This document shows, in pieces, positions 28,900-38,119 of a DNA stretch of 64,000 nt (positions are counted from its first letter, which is position 1; every line of letters starts with the position of its first letter). The notes beneath the pieces are model-generated. The model was given only the letters and a program-made list of their open reading frames with translations, had not been told where the DNA came from and ran no database searches. The stretch spans positions 1 to 64,000 of the IMG/VR virus record IMGVR_UViG_3300042511_000631. One strand, given 5' to 3'. The position numbers and the translations under genes are program-made. The stretch comes from a virus.

Positions 28900-29589
28900 A
28901 TGGATAAAGAAATTTTAAATGAAAAAGTATACTACTATAAAAATGGCGTTAAAAACTTTGAAGAGCTTATGAAAAATGTTTATGAGTTAGACAATCTAGA
29001 TAACCCTCAACCTTGGGAAAACTGGACCGCATCCAACGACAAAAACTTTATCTATGGAAAAACCATGTCATTTGATAAAAACCAAATAGGAAAACTAGAA
29101 GATCCGTACAAATCTAAAATGTCTTATATTTTTGATACTATTATGGAATCATTTTATGATGTCTCTAAAGATTTTGCCATGTCTATTGGGGATACTGATG
29201 AACCTAGACTGTTTCCAGTATTTAATATTAAAAAATACAATGTTGGAATTGGAATGGGTGCCCATTTTGACCAGCTAGATGGGGATCAAACCCTAAGGTA
29301 CTCTTTAGTTATGTATTTAAACGATGATTTTGAGGGTGGAGAAATATCATTTAAATTATCTGACTATAAAAATATAGGGGAATTTCCAACTCCAAATCTT
29401 GATTATGATGTGGCTGTTGCAAATAATGAAATTGATTTTGGATTAAAACCTAAAGCTGGAAGTATTATTATTTTTCCATCTATGGCGCCATATCACCATA
29501 CTGCTCATATTGTAAAAACTGGATTTAAATATATGGTGCCAAGTCACTGGATCCATAATAATATGGACCTTCATCAAAGTCACATGTAA
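28900..29589 (+). CDS. 2OG-Fe(II) oxygenase, prolyl 4-hydroxylase-like
   Basis: HFDQ, YLNDDFEGGEI, HTA...KY. Confidence 0.92.
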   Translation: MDKEILNEKVYYYKNGVKNFEELMKNVYELDNLDNPQPWENWTASNDKNFIYGKTMSFDKNQIGKLEDPYKSKMSYIFDTIMESFYDVSKDFAMSIGDTDEPRLFPVFNIKKYNVGIGMGAHFDQLDGDQTLRYSLVMYLNDDFEGGEISFKLSDYKNIGEFPTPNLDYDVAVANNEIDFGLKPKAGSIIIFPSMAPYHHTAHIVKTGFKYMVPSHWIHNNMDLHQSHM

Positions 29590-29594
29590 TATAA

Positions 29595-30260
29595 ATGAAA
29601 ACAGCTATTGTAACTGGGGCAAGCAAAGGGGTAGGGTTAGCAACAGTTAAACGCCTGTCTGAAAATGGGTACAAGGTCATCGCTGTTTCAAGAGATCTTT
29701 CCAAAGTGTCTGAGCTTGTTTCTGATAACGTTGAGGTCTATAGGCTAGACATTACAGACTCTAAAGCAATAGAAATATTCTTTGAAAAATATAAAAATAT
29801 AACCCTAGACCTTTTAGTTAACAACGCAGGTGGCGGCTCTGGACCAACCCACATTATTAATGAAACTCCAGAAAACTTTAGAAGAGCCTACGATATAAAC
29901 GTAACGGGCCCTATGTATTTATCTCAACTATTTGTACCCTGTATGAGAAGGTCACAATCTCCAACAATTGTCTTTATTACCTCTTTTGGCGGTAAGGTGC
30001 CCTATCGCGGTGGGGGGAACTATACAAATGCCAAGAGGGGTGAGCGCGGTCTAATTGACACCATGAGGCTTGAGTTTCCTCAATTTGGCATTAAAATTAC
30101 AGATATCTGCCCAGCTACCATCGACACCCAAGAACAAAAACGGGATCAGGCGTTAACCGCAGAGGATTTAGCGGAAGCTATTTACTGGGTGGGGTCATTA
30201 CCAAGCCATGTTAATATAAATGAGATTGAAATTTGTCATATTAACAGTAGTAAGTACTGA
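29595..30260 (+). CDS. short-chain dehydrogenase/reductase (SDR)
   Basis: TGASKGVG, NNAG, YTNAK (YxxxK). Confidence 0.92.
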   Translation: MKTAIVTGASKGVGLATVKRLSENGYKVIAVSRDLSKVSELVSDNVEVYRLDITDSKAIEIFFEKYKNITLDLLVNNAGGGSGPTHIINETPENFRRAYDINVTGPMYLSQLFVPCMRRSQSPTIVFITSFGGKVPYRGGGNYTNAKRGERGLIDTMRLEFPQFGIKITDICPATIDTQEQKRDQALTAEDLAEAIYWVGSLPSHVNINEIEICHINSSKY

Positions 30261-30282
30261 AATTTGTGACATACTTGTTTAT

Positions 30283-30432
30283 ATGGGCAGAGACCATTTT
30301 TCTAAAACGTTTCACTCACCTTATTTTCAATCTAATTACTATAAGGAAGAAACCCCTGGCGGAAAATTTGAAACTAAAGTAGAGAACTGGCTTAAAAAAG
30401 TGTTCTTTCGTCCTAGAAAAGATACCAAATGA
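30283..30432 (+). CDS. small hypothetical protein
   Basis: ATG at 30283; ATGA overlap with the next gene. Confidence 0.5.
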   Translation: MGRDHFSKTFHSPYFQSNYYKEETPGGKFETKVENWLKKVFFRPRKDTK

Positions 30433-30950
30433 GATCATACACTCCGGGCGGTCGGTTTGACGCAGACTTTGAAACAGATGACCTACTCGTAGGTGTCGAT
30501 ACTGATCTTAAGAATCCAGTAGGCACCTCCGCGCTTTGGTACATCTACGACTCAGTCAATACTGTGGTTGACCCTATCTACGATACCGGCCAAGACTTAA
30601 GTGGCACCCTTGGTGGCAAAAAGTGGACTGGCCCATTTACCATCCCTGTGGTCAAAGCTATTATTGACCAAGGTCAAGCTATGACATCCGCGGTCGGTTT
30701 CTATAACGCCGACACCTTGCACCTTACCTTTAACATTGAAGATGTCCAGAAATACGCCCCTAATATCATTATCAAACCCGACACAAACAACCGCGACCGT
30801 GTCGTTTGGCGCGGTCAGGTATATCGCCCATTCTCAATCCAAGAACGCGGTATCATTTCCGAGAGATTTACGATCTTGTCTGTTGACTGTATTCAGGTCA
30901 TGCCTGAAGAAATGGTCAATGACGCTCAATTTCAGACCTACGCGTCTTAA
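30429..30950 (+). CDS. putative head-closure/neck protein
   Basis: DRVVWRGQVY SPP1 gp16-like pattern; position before the tail genes. Confidence 0.55.
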   Translation: MRSYTPGGRFDADFETDDLLVGVDTDLKNPVGTSALWYIYDSVNTVVDPIYDTGQDLSGTLGGKKWTGPFTIPVVKAIIDQGQAMTSAVGFYNADTLHLTFNIEDVQKYAPNIIIKPDTNNRDRVVWRGQVYRPFSIQERGIISERFTILSVDCIQVMPEEMVNDAQFQTYAS

Positions 30951-30958
30951 GGAAACAC

Positions 30959-31108
30959 ATGGCTAAAGACACTAACCCTTGTTGGGATGGCTACGTTCAA
31001 GTAGGCATGAAGATGAAGAATGGCAAGAAGGTTCCGAACTGCGTACCTGCGGGTTCTGGAAAGAAAAAAGTTGCAAAACCTACTACAAAGAAGGCTGGTA
31101 AAAAATAA
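30959..31108 (+). CDS. small Lys-rich protein (49 aa)
   Basis: MAKDTNPCWDGYVQVGMKMKNGKKVPNCVP...; AAGGA RBS; TAATG coupling. Confidence 0.8.
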   Translation: MAKDTNPCWDGYVQVGMKMKNGKKVPNCVPAGSGKKKVAKPTTKKAGKK

Positions 31109-31281
31109 TGTGCGCAGCATGTGGATGTGGAAAGAAAAAGGGCGAGCCAGGTTTTGGCAAGGGCCCAAAGAAGACTGCTAAGAAAGCGGCTTTAAAAGGT
31201 AAACAAAAGAATCTTGATGCAGATAAAGACGGCAAGCTAGAAGGCTCTGACTTCGCTGCGCTACGAAAGAAAAAGAAGTAA
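31108..31281 (+). CDS. small Lys-rich protein (57 aa), CxxCGC N-terminus and EF-hand-like loop
   Basis: MCAACGCGKKK...LDADKDGKLEGSDF. Confidence 0.8.
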   Translation: MCAACGCGKKKGEPGFGKGPKKTAKKAALKGKQKNLDADKDGKLEGSDFAALRKKKK

Positions 31282-31424
31282 TGTGCGCGACTTGCGGCTG
31301 TGGTCAACCAAAGAACAAGCACGGGATGAAGACAGTACAAGCAGCGAACAAGAAGTTTGCTGCCAAGAAAGCTGCGCCTGCAAAGGGCAGTAAGTCTTCA
31401 ATGGTCAGAAAAAAGGGTATGTAA
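31281..31424 (+). CDS. small Lys-rich protein (47 aa), CxxCGC N-terminus
   Basis: MCATCGCGQPKNKHG...; TAATG coupling. Confidence 0.8.
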   Translation: MCATCGCGQPKNKHGMKTVQAANKKFAAKKAAPAKGSKSSMVRKKGM

Positions 31425-31540
31425 TGGCTCACGATGACAAAAAATGGACCAAAGGCATGACCCCTGCTCAAAAGAAAAAATTTGAGAAAAAGGATGAAAA
31501 GAACGACGCTAAATTAGCTAAGAAGATTAAGAAGAAGTAA
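31424..31540 (+). CDS. small Lys-rich protein (38 aa)
   Basis: MAHDDKKWTKGMTPAQKKKFEKK...; TAATG coupling. Confidence 0.7.
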   Translation: MAHDDKKWTKGMTPAQKKKFEKKDEKNDAKLAKKIKKK

Positions 31541-31714
31541 ATGAAATCTCTCCCTAAAGGTGTTATGGATAAAGTTAACAAAAACGTTAACTCCGCCAAA
31601 GCGGCAAAGCCGCCCATGGCAGCTCCTGGGATGCCTGTAAAAAAGATTGTGACTAAAACAGTCCACTTTGGATCAGATGCCCCAAAGAAAGCGGCCCCGG
31701 CCAAAAAGAAGTAA
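31541..31714 (+). CDS. small Lys/Ala/Pro-rich protein (57 aa)
   Basis: MKSLPKG...KKAAPAKKK; abuts the previous stop codon. Confidence 0.7.
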   Translation: MKSLPKGVMDKVNKNVNSAKAAKPPMAAPGMPVKKIVTKTVHFGSDAPKKAAPAKKK

Positions 31715-31719
31715 AGCTT

Positions 31720-31743
31720 AAGCCCCGCGAAAGCGGGGTTTTT
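31720..31743 (+). terminator. intrinsic terminator
   Basis: CCCCGC-GAAA-GCGGGG-TTTTT. Confidence 0.9.
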
Positions 31744-31824
31744 GCTTTATCCTATAACTGAATTCATGCGAATTCGAAGCAGTACCCGTGCGTTCCACTT
31801 TGCCCAACTCCTTAGGAGATTGCC

Positions 31825-31974
31825 ATGTCTAACATAGACAAGCCAGATGAAGTAGCTTTTGCTAAAGCAATTGCGGAAAATATCCCTGGGCAAAAAGACA
31901 GCGATAAACTCTGGTACGGCTTAGTGGCGGCAGGTGTAGCACGGAAAGTTATAAAGAGTGTCAGAGCCCGGTGA
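31825..31974 (+). CDS. small hypothetical protein (49 aa)
   Basis: AGGAG RBS; MSNIDKPDEVAFAKAIAE... Confidence 0.6.
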   Translation: MSNIDKPDEVAFAKAIAENIPGQKDSDKLWYGLVAAGVARKVIKSVRAR

Positions 31975-32296
31975 CTTTGACGCGGTGGTATCTGACGCCG
32001 CATACTATCTAAATAAAGAGTTAACCCCTGAGCTTAAGACTGCCGCTAAACAAGCAGGCTGGCCAAAAGAAATTGTAGATGTGCTCTCAGTTCAATTTGA
32101 TGGCAAAGACGTCTATGTTGACTATCCGCCTCAGCTAGAATCACAAATTAACAATCTTACCTATGGCAATGGGCCGATCTCGCCAAACCCAGTCATCTTA
32201 CCTTTTCGTGCCCGTAGCTCAGAGACAGTAAAAAGCGTGTTAGCTAACCGCGTAGTTTCTAACCTGTTTCAGTTAGAGGAGGTCTTTGGTGAGTAA
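31958..32296 (+). CDS. hypothetical neck/tail-completion region protein
   Basis: Position before the sheath gene. Confidence 0.55.
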   Translation: MSEPGDFDAVVSDAAYYLNKELTPELKTAAKQAGWPKEIVDVLSVQFDGKDVYVDYPPQLESQINNLTYGNGPISPNPVILPFRARSSETVKSVLANRVVSNLFQLEEVFGE

Positions 32297-32915
32297 TCCT
32301 TTTATTATTGCTGAAGACTTAGCCCTTAAGACCCACATAACTGGTCTTACTGTTTCAGATGAGAAAAACGCTGCCCGCGTAGTTAAAGTGTGGTTTGGCT
32401 ACCCTGACGTTGAAGTTCGCAGCCAAGACTTTCCTTTTATTACAATTGATCTAGTAGATGTTGTTCCAGCTAATGACCGCCAACACCAAGGGCTAGTTAA
32501 TGACAGCGACTACCGTGGCACTATTGCTCCAATTGCAAATAAATCATTTACTTACGAAATGCCCGTAGCTTACGATTTGGTATACCAAGTCACTAGCTAC
32601 TGCCGCCACCCGCGGCACGATCGAACTCTTATGTACAAGCTGGCAGATAAATTTCCCTCAAAGTACGGCAAGTTAGCTGTGCCTAATTTCTTAGGCACCG
32701 AGACAGGCTACCGAAGCATGTTCCTTGATGGGTTTGTAAAAAGAGACGCAGTGGATGGAGAAACCGGTAACCGCCGTCTTCTCCGAAACGTCTACATGGT
32801 TAGAGTGATAAGTGAAATGACTCCAAGTCAAGCCGCTTCATCAGTCTGGGCAGTAGATACCGTCTTGATTAACGCTACTACCGCGAGCATCCCGATCCAA
32901 TACAAGCCGGTCTAA
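32289..32915 (+). CDS. putative tail terminator/completion protein
   Basis: FPFITIDL, YDLVYQV; immediately upstream of the sheath gene. Confidence 0.6.
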   Translation: MSNPFIIAEDLALKTHITGLTVSDEKNAARVVKVWFGYPDVEVRSQDFPFITIDLVDVVPANDRQHQGLVNDSDYRGTIAPIANKSFTYEMPVAYDLVYQVTSYCRHPRHDRTLMYKLADKFPSKYGKLAVPNFLGTETGYRSMFLDGFVKRDAVDGETGNRRLLRNVYMVRVISEMTPSQAASSVWAVDTVLINATTASIPIQYKPV

Positions 32916-32953
32916 CATATGAAACCTACGAATAACTTAAAGGAGACAAACTA

Positions 32954-34462
32954 ATGCCTTTCCAACGCCCTGGGGTATACGTTCAAGAAACGTTAAACCC
33001 TGTTCAATCAACCACTGGTCCTAACTCGGATTCAGTCGGTGCTTTTATTGGTGCTAACGACCGCGGTCCAACCACCCCAACTTTAATCACATCATGGAGC
33101 GATTACGTTAACAAGTTTGGTAGCTGGAACGTTTCAGCCTCAAACAACCTTCCGCTTGCTGCTTACATGTTCTTTTCTAACGGCGGAAGCAAAGCATACT
33201 TTGCTCGCGTAACAGCCTCAGCTGTTTCGGCTACACGTACTCTTGTTGACCGTGCGGCTACACCGTTAAACACCCTTACCGTAAGTGCTGCTAACGCAGG
33301 CGCATGGGGTAACAACATCAATATCTCTGTTTCAGACTCTACGAGCACTGGTCTATTTGATATCTCTGTTTACTACAACGGCAGCACCGATGCGTTTTTA
33401 GTAGAGCGTTATACAGACCTTTCAATGGCTGCTACTAATGCTCGATACGCCCCAACTGTAGTAAATGCAGGTTCTTTGTACATTACTTTGGGAGATCTTG
33501 GTTCAGCCACTGTTGGTACTTCTAAGAACCCAGCAGTTATCACAAACCAAGCTTTGGCTTCAGGAGCTAACGGCTCAGCGATTACTGCAGTCTCTTCCTA
33601 TTCAGTATTTGACACAGTTAACCAGTCTTTAATTTTAAATGTGCCTGGCTTTACTGATGCAACTACTGTAAACGCAGCAATTGCTTATGCGGATGCTCGC
33701 CAAGACGTGTTTGTTGTGATTGATGGCTCTGGTCTACCTGTTGGTGACGCAGTTACATCTAGCACTCAATTAAACTTAGCTTCTACCTACACCGCATCAT
33801 CTTATGCTGCTGTGTACTACCCGCCAATTACAATCTCTGACCCTACAGGTGGCGTCGGCTCAGCAACTGGGTCTACAAAAACTATCGGTGCAGGTGCAGC
33901 TGTTGTTGGTCTTTATTCAGCAACTGATGCCTCTCGTGGAGTTTACAAAGCACCTGCGGGTCTTCAAGCTCGTTTAGCGGGTGCCGTATCTGTAACACCT
34001 TTAACAAATGCTAATCTAGACAGCCTAAATAGCGCAGCTAAGCCTGTAAATGCTATTAAGTTTGTTCCAGGATCAGGCATTGTAGTAATGGGTGCTAAGA
34101 CACTTAAGGCTGGATATATTGACAAGTACATCCCTGTCCGCCGCACACTTATCTATTTGCGTAAAGCTCTTACAGACCTTACTGAGTTTGCAATTTTTGA
34201 GCCAAATGACCCAGCGCTATGGCGCCGTTTGAACGCAACTGTTAGCAGCTTCTTGACTAATTTCTGGTCACAAGGCGGTCTTGCTGGAACAACTCCGGCA
34301 AGCGCGTTCTTTGTAAAAGTGGATAGCACTAACAACCCACAACCATCAATTGACAATGGCGAAGTTAACCTTGAAATTGGTGTGGCCCTTCAGCGTCCAG
34401 CTGAATTCGTAATTATCAAGATCGGCCAGTTTGACGGTGGAACCACCGTTACTGTTGCGTAA
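32954..34462 (+). CDS. contractile tail sheath protein
   Basis: RPGVYVQE, KAPAG, YIPVRR, FEPND, PAEFVII. Confidence 0.95.
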   Translation: MPFQRPGVYVQETLNPVQSTTGPNSDSVGAFIGANDRGPTTPTLITSWSDYVNKFGSWNVSASNNLPLAAYMFFSNGGSKAYFARVTASAVSATRTLVDRAATPLNTLTVSAANAGAWGNNINISVSDSTSTGLFDISVYYNGSTDAFLVERYTDLSMAATNARYAPTVVNAGSLYITLGDLGSATVGTSKNPAVITNQALASGANGSAITAVSSYSVFDTVNQSLILNVPGFTDATTVNAAIAYADARQDVFVVIDGSGLPVGDAVTSSTQLNLASTYTASSYAAVYYPPITISDPTGGVGSATGSTKTIGAGAAVVGLYSATDASRGVYKAPAGLQARLAGAVSVTPLTNANLDSLNSAAKPVNAIKFVPGSGIVVMGAKTLKAGYIDKYIPVRRTLIYLRKALTDLTEFAIFEPNDPALWRRLNATVSSFLTNFWSQGGLAGTTPASAFFVKVDSTNNPQPSIDNGEVNLEIGVALQRPAEFVIIKIGQFDGGTTVTVA

Positions 34463-34477
34463 AGGAGAAAATAAATA

Positions 34478-35074
34478 ATGACAAGCAGCGTTATCAATCG
34501 CTTTTCAACGATTGCAACCGACCCGTTACGCAGTTTTCGGTTTTATGCGGAATTTACTGCGGCGGGTGAGACCCAGTTTGACAACAAAATCACCAGTGGT
34601 TTCACTGGCGGTTTTACAAATATCAGTGGTTTAAACATCACTACTCAGTCAATCCAATACCGTGAGGGTGGCTACAACACCACTGTTCACCAGATCCCAG
34701 GAATGACAACTTTTAGCCCAATTACGCTACAACGTGGTGTGTTAGCCGGTAACGACCAAGCTATCACTTGGATGCGTGGTTTATTTGCTGCCTCAAGCGG
34801 TGACGGACTCGACACCGGAACTAATAAGACTTTCCGCGTAAACGTGGATATCTATGTAATGGATCACCCAAACGCAAATGCGGCATCTACCAACCTCCCA
34901 AAAATGAAGTTCACGGTACACAACGCATGGCTTACTGGTCTAAACTACACAGATCTAAACGCAAATGATGGATCTCTTTTCTTTGAATCAATGCAGCTAG
35001 TCCATGAAGGATTAACTGTAGCCTTTACCAAAACAACTGCTGGTAAAGAATTTGAAGCAAACCGCGAGCAGTAA
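34478..35074 (+). CDS. tail tube protein (T4 gp19-like)
   Basis: DPLRSFRF, YREGG, ITLQRG, NAW. Confidence 0.92.
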   Translation: MTSSVINRFSTIATDPLRSFRFYAEFTAAGETQFDNKITSGFTGGFTNISGLNITTQSIQYREGGYNTTVHQIPGMTTFSPITLQRGVLAGNDQAITWMRGLFAASSGDGLDTGTNKTFRVNVDIYVMDHPNANAASTNLPKMKFTVHNAWLTGLNYTDLNANDGSLFFESMQLVHEGLTVAFTKTTAGKEFEANREQ

Positions 35075-35106
35075 TCTAACCGACTAACTATTTAGGAGTA
35101 TAAATC

Positions 35107-35901
35107 GTGACTGAAATAATCACAGACGCAGAACTTGTATCAAAATTTGCCGCACAGGCGATGGAGGAGCCCGAGAAAGTTATTGAAACTCGGGCACCTT
35201 CAGAGTCAGAAGTAGATCTACCGGGAGGTTTCATTGGAGTCAACCGCGAAGTGATTTTAACCGCTGAGGTTAGAGAGTTAAACGGAATGGATGAAGAGTT
35301 GATCGCTAAAGCGGGATCTTCAGCTAAAGCCTTTAACGTTCTTCTTCAGCGCGGGTTAGTAAAACTAGGTTCAGAAGATGTGACTAAGGATCAAATTGAT
35401 AGCCTGTTATCAGGTGACCGCGACGCCATCCTTATCGCTATCCGACGAGCAACCTTTGGAAACACTCTAGATCTAAACATTAACTGCCCTAGCTGTAACG
35501 CCCCGCAAACTACAAGTATTGACCTTGTAGACGATGTTCCAGTTAAGCGGTTAGAGGATCCAATTGCGGATCGAACATTCTATGTAGAGACAAAGAAAGG
35601 CCCGGTGGGAGTTGCTCTTCCAACGGGAGTAGTTCAAAAGCGTCTTGTAGACAACATGGATAAAAGCATTGCTGAGATGAACACTGTTCTACTAGCTGGT
35701 TGTATTTTATCTGTTAATGGTTCTCCATCTTCAGGCGCTTCAACCGCTTTAGCTTTAGGAATGGCTGATAGAACAAAAGTTCTTGACGCAATTACTGATC
35801 GTAACCCAGGCCCACGCCTTGGGGAGGTGAAGAAAGCTTGTCAGGCATGTAATGAGGATATTGAACTCCCATTAAGTTTGACAGATTTGTTTCGCTTATA
35901 G
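35107..35901 (+). CDS. tail/baseplate assembly chaperone (T4 gp26-like)
   Basis: VRELNGMDEE, GDRDAIL..IRRATFG, two CxxC motifs. Confidence 0.8.
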   Translation: MTEIITDAELVSKFAAQAMEEPEKVIETRAPSESEVDLPGGFIGVNREVILTAEVRELNGMDEELIAKAGSSAKAFNVLLQRGLVKLGSEDVTKDQIDSLLSGDRDAILIAIRRATFGNTLDLNINCPSCNAPQTTSIDLVDDVPVKRLEDPIADRTFYVETKKGPVGVALPTGVVQKRLVDNMDKSIAEMNTVLLAGCILSVNGSPSSGASTALALGMADRTKVLDAITDRNPGPRLGEVKKACQACNEDIELPLSLTDLFRL

Positions 35902-36049
35902 CACTACTGAGTACGAAGGCATTTTAAATGAGTACGAAGTACTTACTAGAACGTTTACAGGATGGACATTGACAGAGATCCGCGCATTATCAGTTAGAGA
36001 ACGATATAACTGGTTAGAGCGGGCTCAAAGACACACGGGAAGGAAATAA
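35882..36049 (+). CDS. start-less +1-frame extension of the chaperone (gp51/gpT-like)
   Basis: Open frame ...EYEGILNEYEVLTRTFTGWTLTEIRALSVRERYNWLERAQ* with no ATG/GTG. Confidence 0.6.
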   Translation, partial: QICFAYSTTEYEGILNEYEVLTRTFTGWTLTEIRALSVRERYNWLERAQRHTGRK

Positions 36050-36052
36050 CAA

Positions 36053-38119
36053 ATGGCAGATCCAAAGAGCGTCATTGTTGAAATAAAGAACGGCCTTTCC
36101 GACGTCCGTCAACAAATGAACTTGCTTAAGCAAGATACCGCGGCGTGGGTTAACAGTTTAGGCTCTGGTGTTTCCAAACTCTCTGGTGCTGGAGGCGGCT
36201 CAAGCGGTGGGGGCTCTACAGTAGCCTCTGAACCAAAATTTACCCCACCCGCTTCTCAGACTGGCGGAGGTGGCGGAGGTTCCGCCCCGTACCAACCTAT
36301 GGGTGGAAACCTTGTAGCTAAGAACCCATCTTTTAACCCACCAGCAGGCGGGGATGACGGCGGTGGCGGTGGCGGTGGAGGCGGCGCAGGTGGCGGGTAC
36401 ACCGGTAACACTAGCTTAACTAAATATTTAACAGAAAACGCAGCAGCCGGGTTCTTATACTCAGCTGCGTTAACTTCTGGAATGTTGGACCAACCCGGTG
36501 AAACTGTTGAAGCCCAGTTGTTAATGAAACGAACCGCTTATTTTAATGACAAGTCTTATAACAACATTCGCGATCTTCAATCAAGCCTTGGTAAAAAAGG
36601 AACTATTAAAGATAAGATGGATGTTTCGCGTGGTCTTGCTTCTGCGCAAAGCATTGGTGTTACCGGTCCAAACGTAACTCAAGGATCTAAAGGCATGGGT
36701 AGTGTAGCTGAAGGCGTAGCTGCAACCTCAAATCTTTTGCCTGGAGCTGGTTTTGAAGGCACAATGCGAGCTTTCTCGTCTATGCAGCAAGCTAGAAACG
36801 TAAACATGCTCCGCGGTATTGGTATCCAACTCCGCGATGAAAATGGAAATTTAACGCCTCCAGATAAAATTATTGACAGCCTTTGGAAAAAGATTGTTCA
36901 TGATTACCAACAAGCTTATGGCTCAGGGTCAATGCCAAAAGAACGCGAATTGCTTATTGGTATGCAGCCAGGTAACTCTATTGACTCAATGCTTGATATG
37001 TATTTTGGCAATGACCCAATGGCAAAACAACTTATTGCTAATGGTCTTTTGTACAAGGCAAAAACTGGCGGCGGCGCTATTGATAAAACTAAATTAACAG
37101 CCATGGGCGCCACCACAGAAGCAGTAGGTGCGTTTAGCCGTAGAAATGCTGCCGCTGGAACCCAATTAGGGCTTACCGCAAATGCTGGAGCATCGGGCTA
37201 CACAACAGCTGCAAACGCAATTGCTAACATTAGCGAAAACATATCTTCAAATGAAACTTTGTTAAAAGCCCTTCAAAAAACAACAGAAATTAATGCGCAA
37301 GTTGTTACTGTATTAGGGGCAGTAAACGGAACATTAGCAAAAGCGTTAGGCGCTCTTACCGGTATAGGCGGAAAATTAGGTCTTGGACTTGGGTTTGCTG
37401 GTTTAGCGGGGTTAGGTGTTGCTGGATTGGTAACTACTTCAGGGGATGACACTTCTGGTGCAAGTGACACCGCTCCTAGTGGTGGAGGCAGTTCTGGCAG
37501 CTCGGGCGCAAGCGGAGTCGGCCTCAGCAAAAATCCAAAAGCTGGACAAAAGTCTTTTGCTTTAGCTTTGCTAAGAAAATTAGATATTAAACCTACACAA
37601 ACCGCAATTGACGCACTTATGGCATGGCAACAAAGAGAGGGCGGTCACTGGAAAAATAGTGCGACGTACAACCCTCTGAACACTATGCTGCAAAAAGATG
37701 GATCCGTTAACTACATGTCTGGGCAAGAAGGAAAGGGCGTTCAAGCTTACATGTCTTTGGATCAAGGAATTGATGCTACAGCCGATACTCTTACTGGAAA
37801 AAGCTCTAAATCTCGAGGCTACGACAGAGTTATTTCAGCTTTAAAATCTGGCGATCAAACGGATATATACGCAGCAATTTTAGCTACTGAATGGGTTGGA
37901 AGAAACGAAGTTGACAGTGAAGGGAACCGAACAGGTGCCAACTACTCCTACAAAGGTTTTAAAGGGTTTAAGTCGACGACGGACGAGGGAAAAACCTACA
38001 ACATGGGCGGTGTTACCTTTAACATTGTCGGTACTGGAAAATCTGCGGATGAGCTTTACAAAGAATTTAAAACTTTAATGGATGCGGAAGAGCGGAAAGC
38101 ACAGGCGGCCAACGGATGA
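36053..38119 (+). CDS. tape measure protein with C-terminal lysozyme-like domain
   Basis: Position after the chaperone; Gly/Ala-rich; AWQQREGG....YNPLNT. Confidence 0.8.
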   Translation: MADPKSVIVEIKNGLSDVRQQMNLLKQDTAAWVNSLGSGVSKLSGAGGGSSGGGSTVASEPKFTPPASQTGGGGGGSAPYQPMGGNLVAKNPSFNPPAGGDDGGGGGGGGGAGGGYTGNTSLTKYLTENAAAGFLYSAALTSGMLDQPGETVEAQLLMKRTAYFNDKSYNNIRDLQSSLGKKGTIKDKMDVSRGLASAQSIGVTGPNVTQGSKGMGSVAEGVAATSNLLPGAGFEGTMRAFSSMQQARNVNMLRGIGIQLRDENGNLTPPDKIIDSLWKKIVHDYQQAYGSGSMPKERELLIGMQPGNSIDSMLDMYFGNDPMAKQLIANGLLYKAKTGGGAIDKTKLTAMGATTEAVGAFSRRNAAAGTQLGLTANAGASGYTTAANAIANISENISSNETLLKALQKTTEINAQVVTVLGAVNGTLAKALGALTGIGGKLGLGLGFAGLAGLGVAGLVTTSGDDTSGASDTAPSGGGSSGSSGASGVGLSKNPKAGQKSFALALLRKLDIKPTQTAIDALMAWQQREGGHWKNSATYNPLNTMLQKDGSVNYMSGQEGKGVQAYMSLDQGIDATADTLTGKSSKSRGYDRVISALKSGDQTDIYAAILATEWVGRNEVDSEGNRTGANYSYKGFKGFKSTTDEGKTYNMGGVTFNIVGTGKSADELYKEFKTLMDAEERKAQAANG

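Noticed and set aside
23092-29589. DNA base-modification (TET/JBP or AlkB) cluster
   Set aside because: Motifs are P4H-type (YLNDDYEGGEL), the context is virion fibres, and no glycosyltransferase or nucleotide-modifying partner is adjacent. Not fully excluded.
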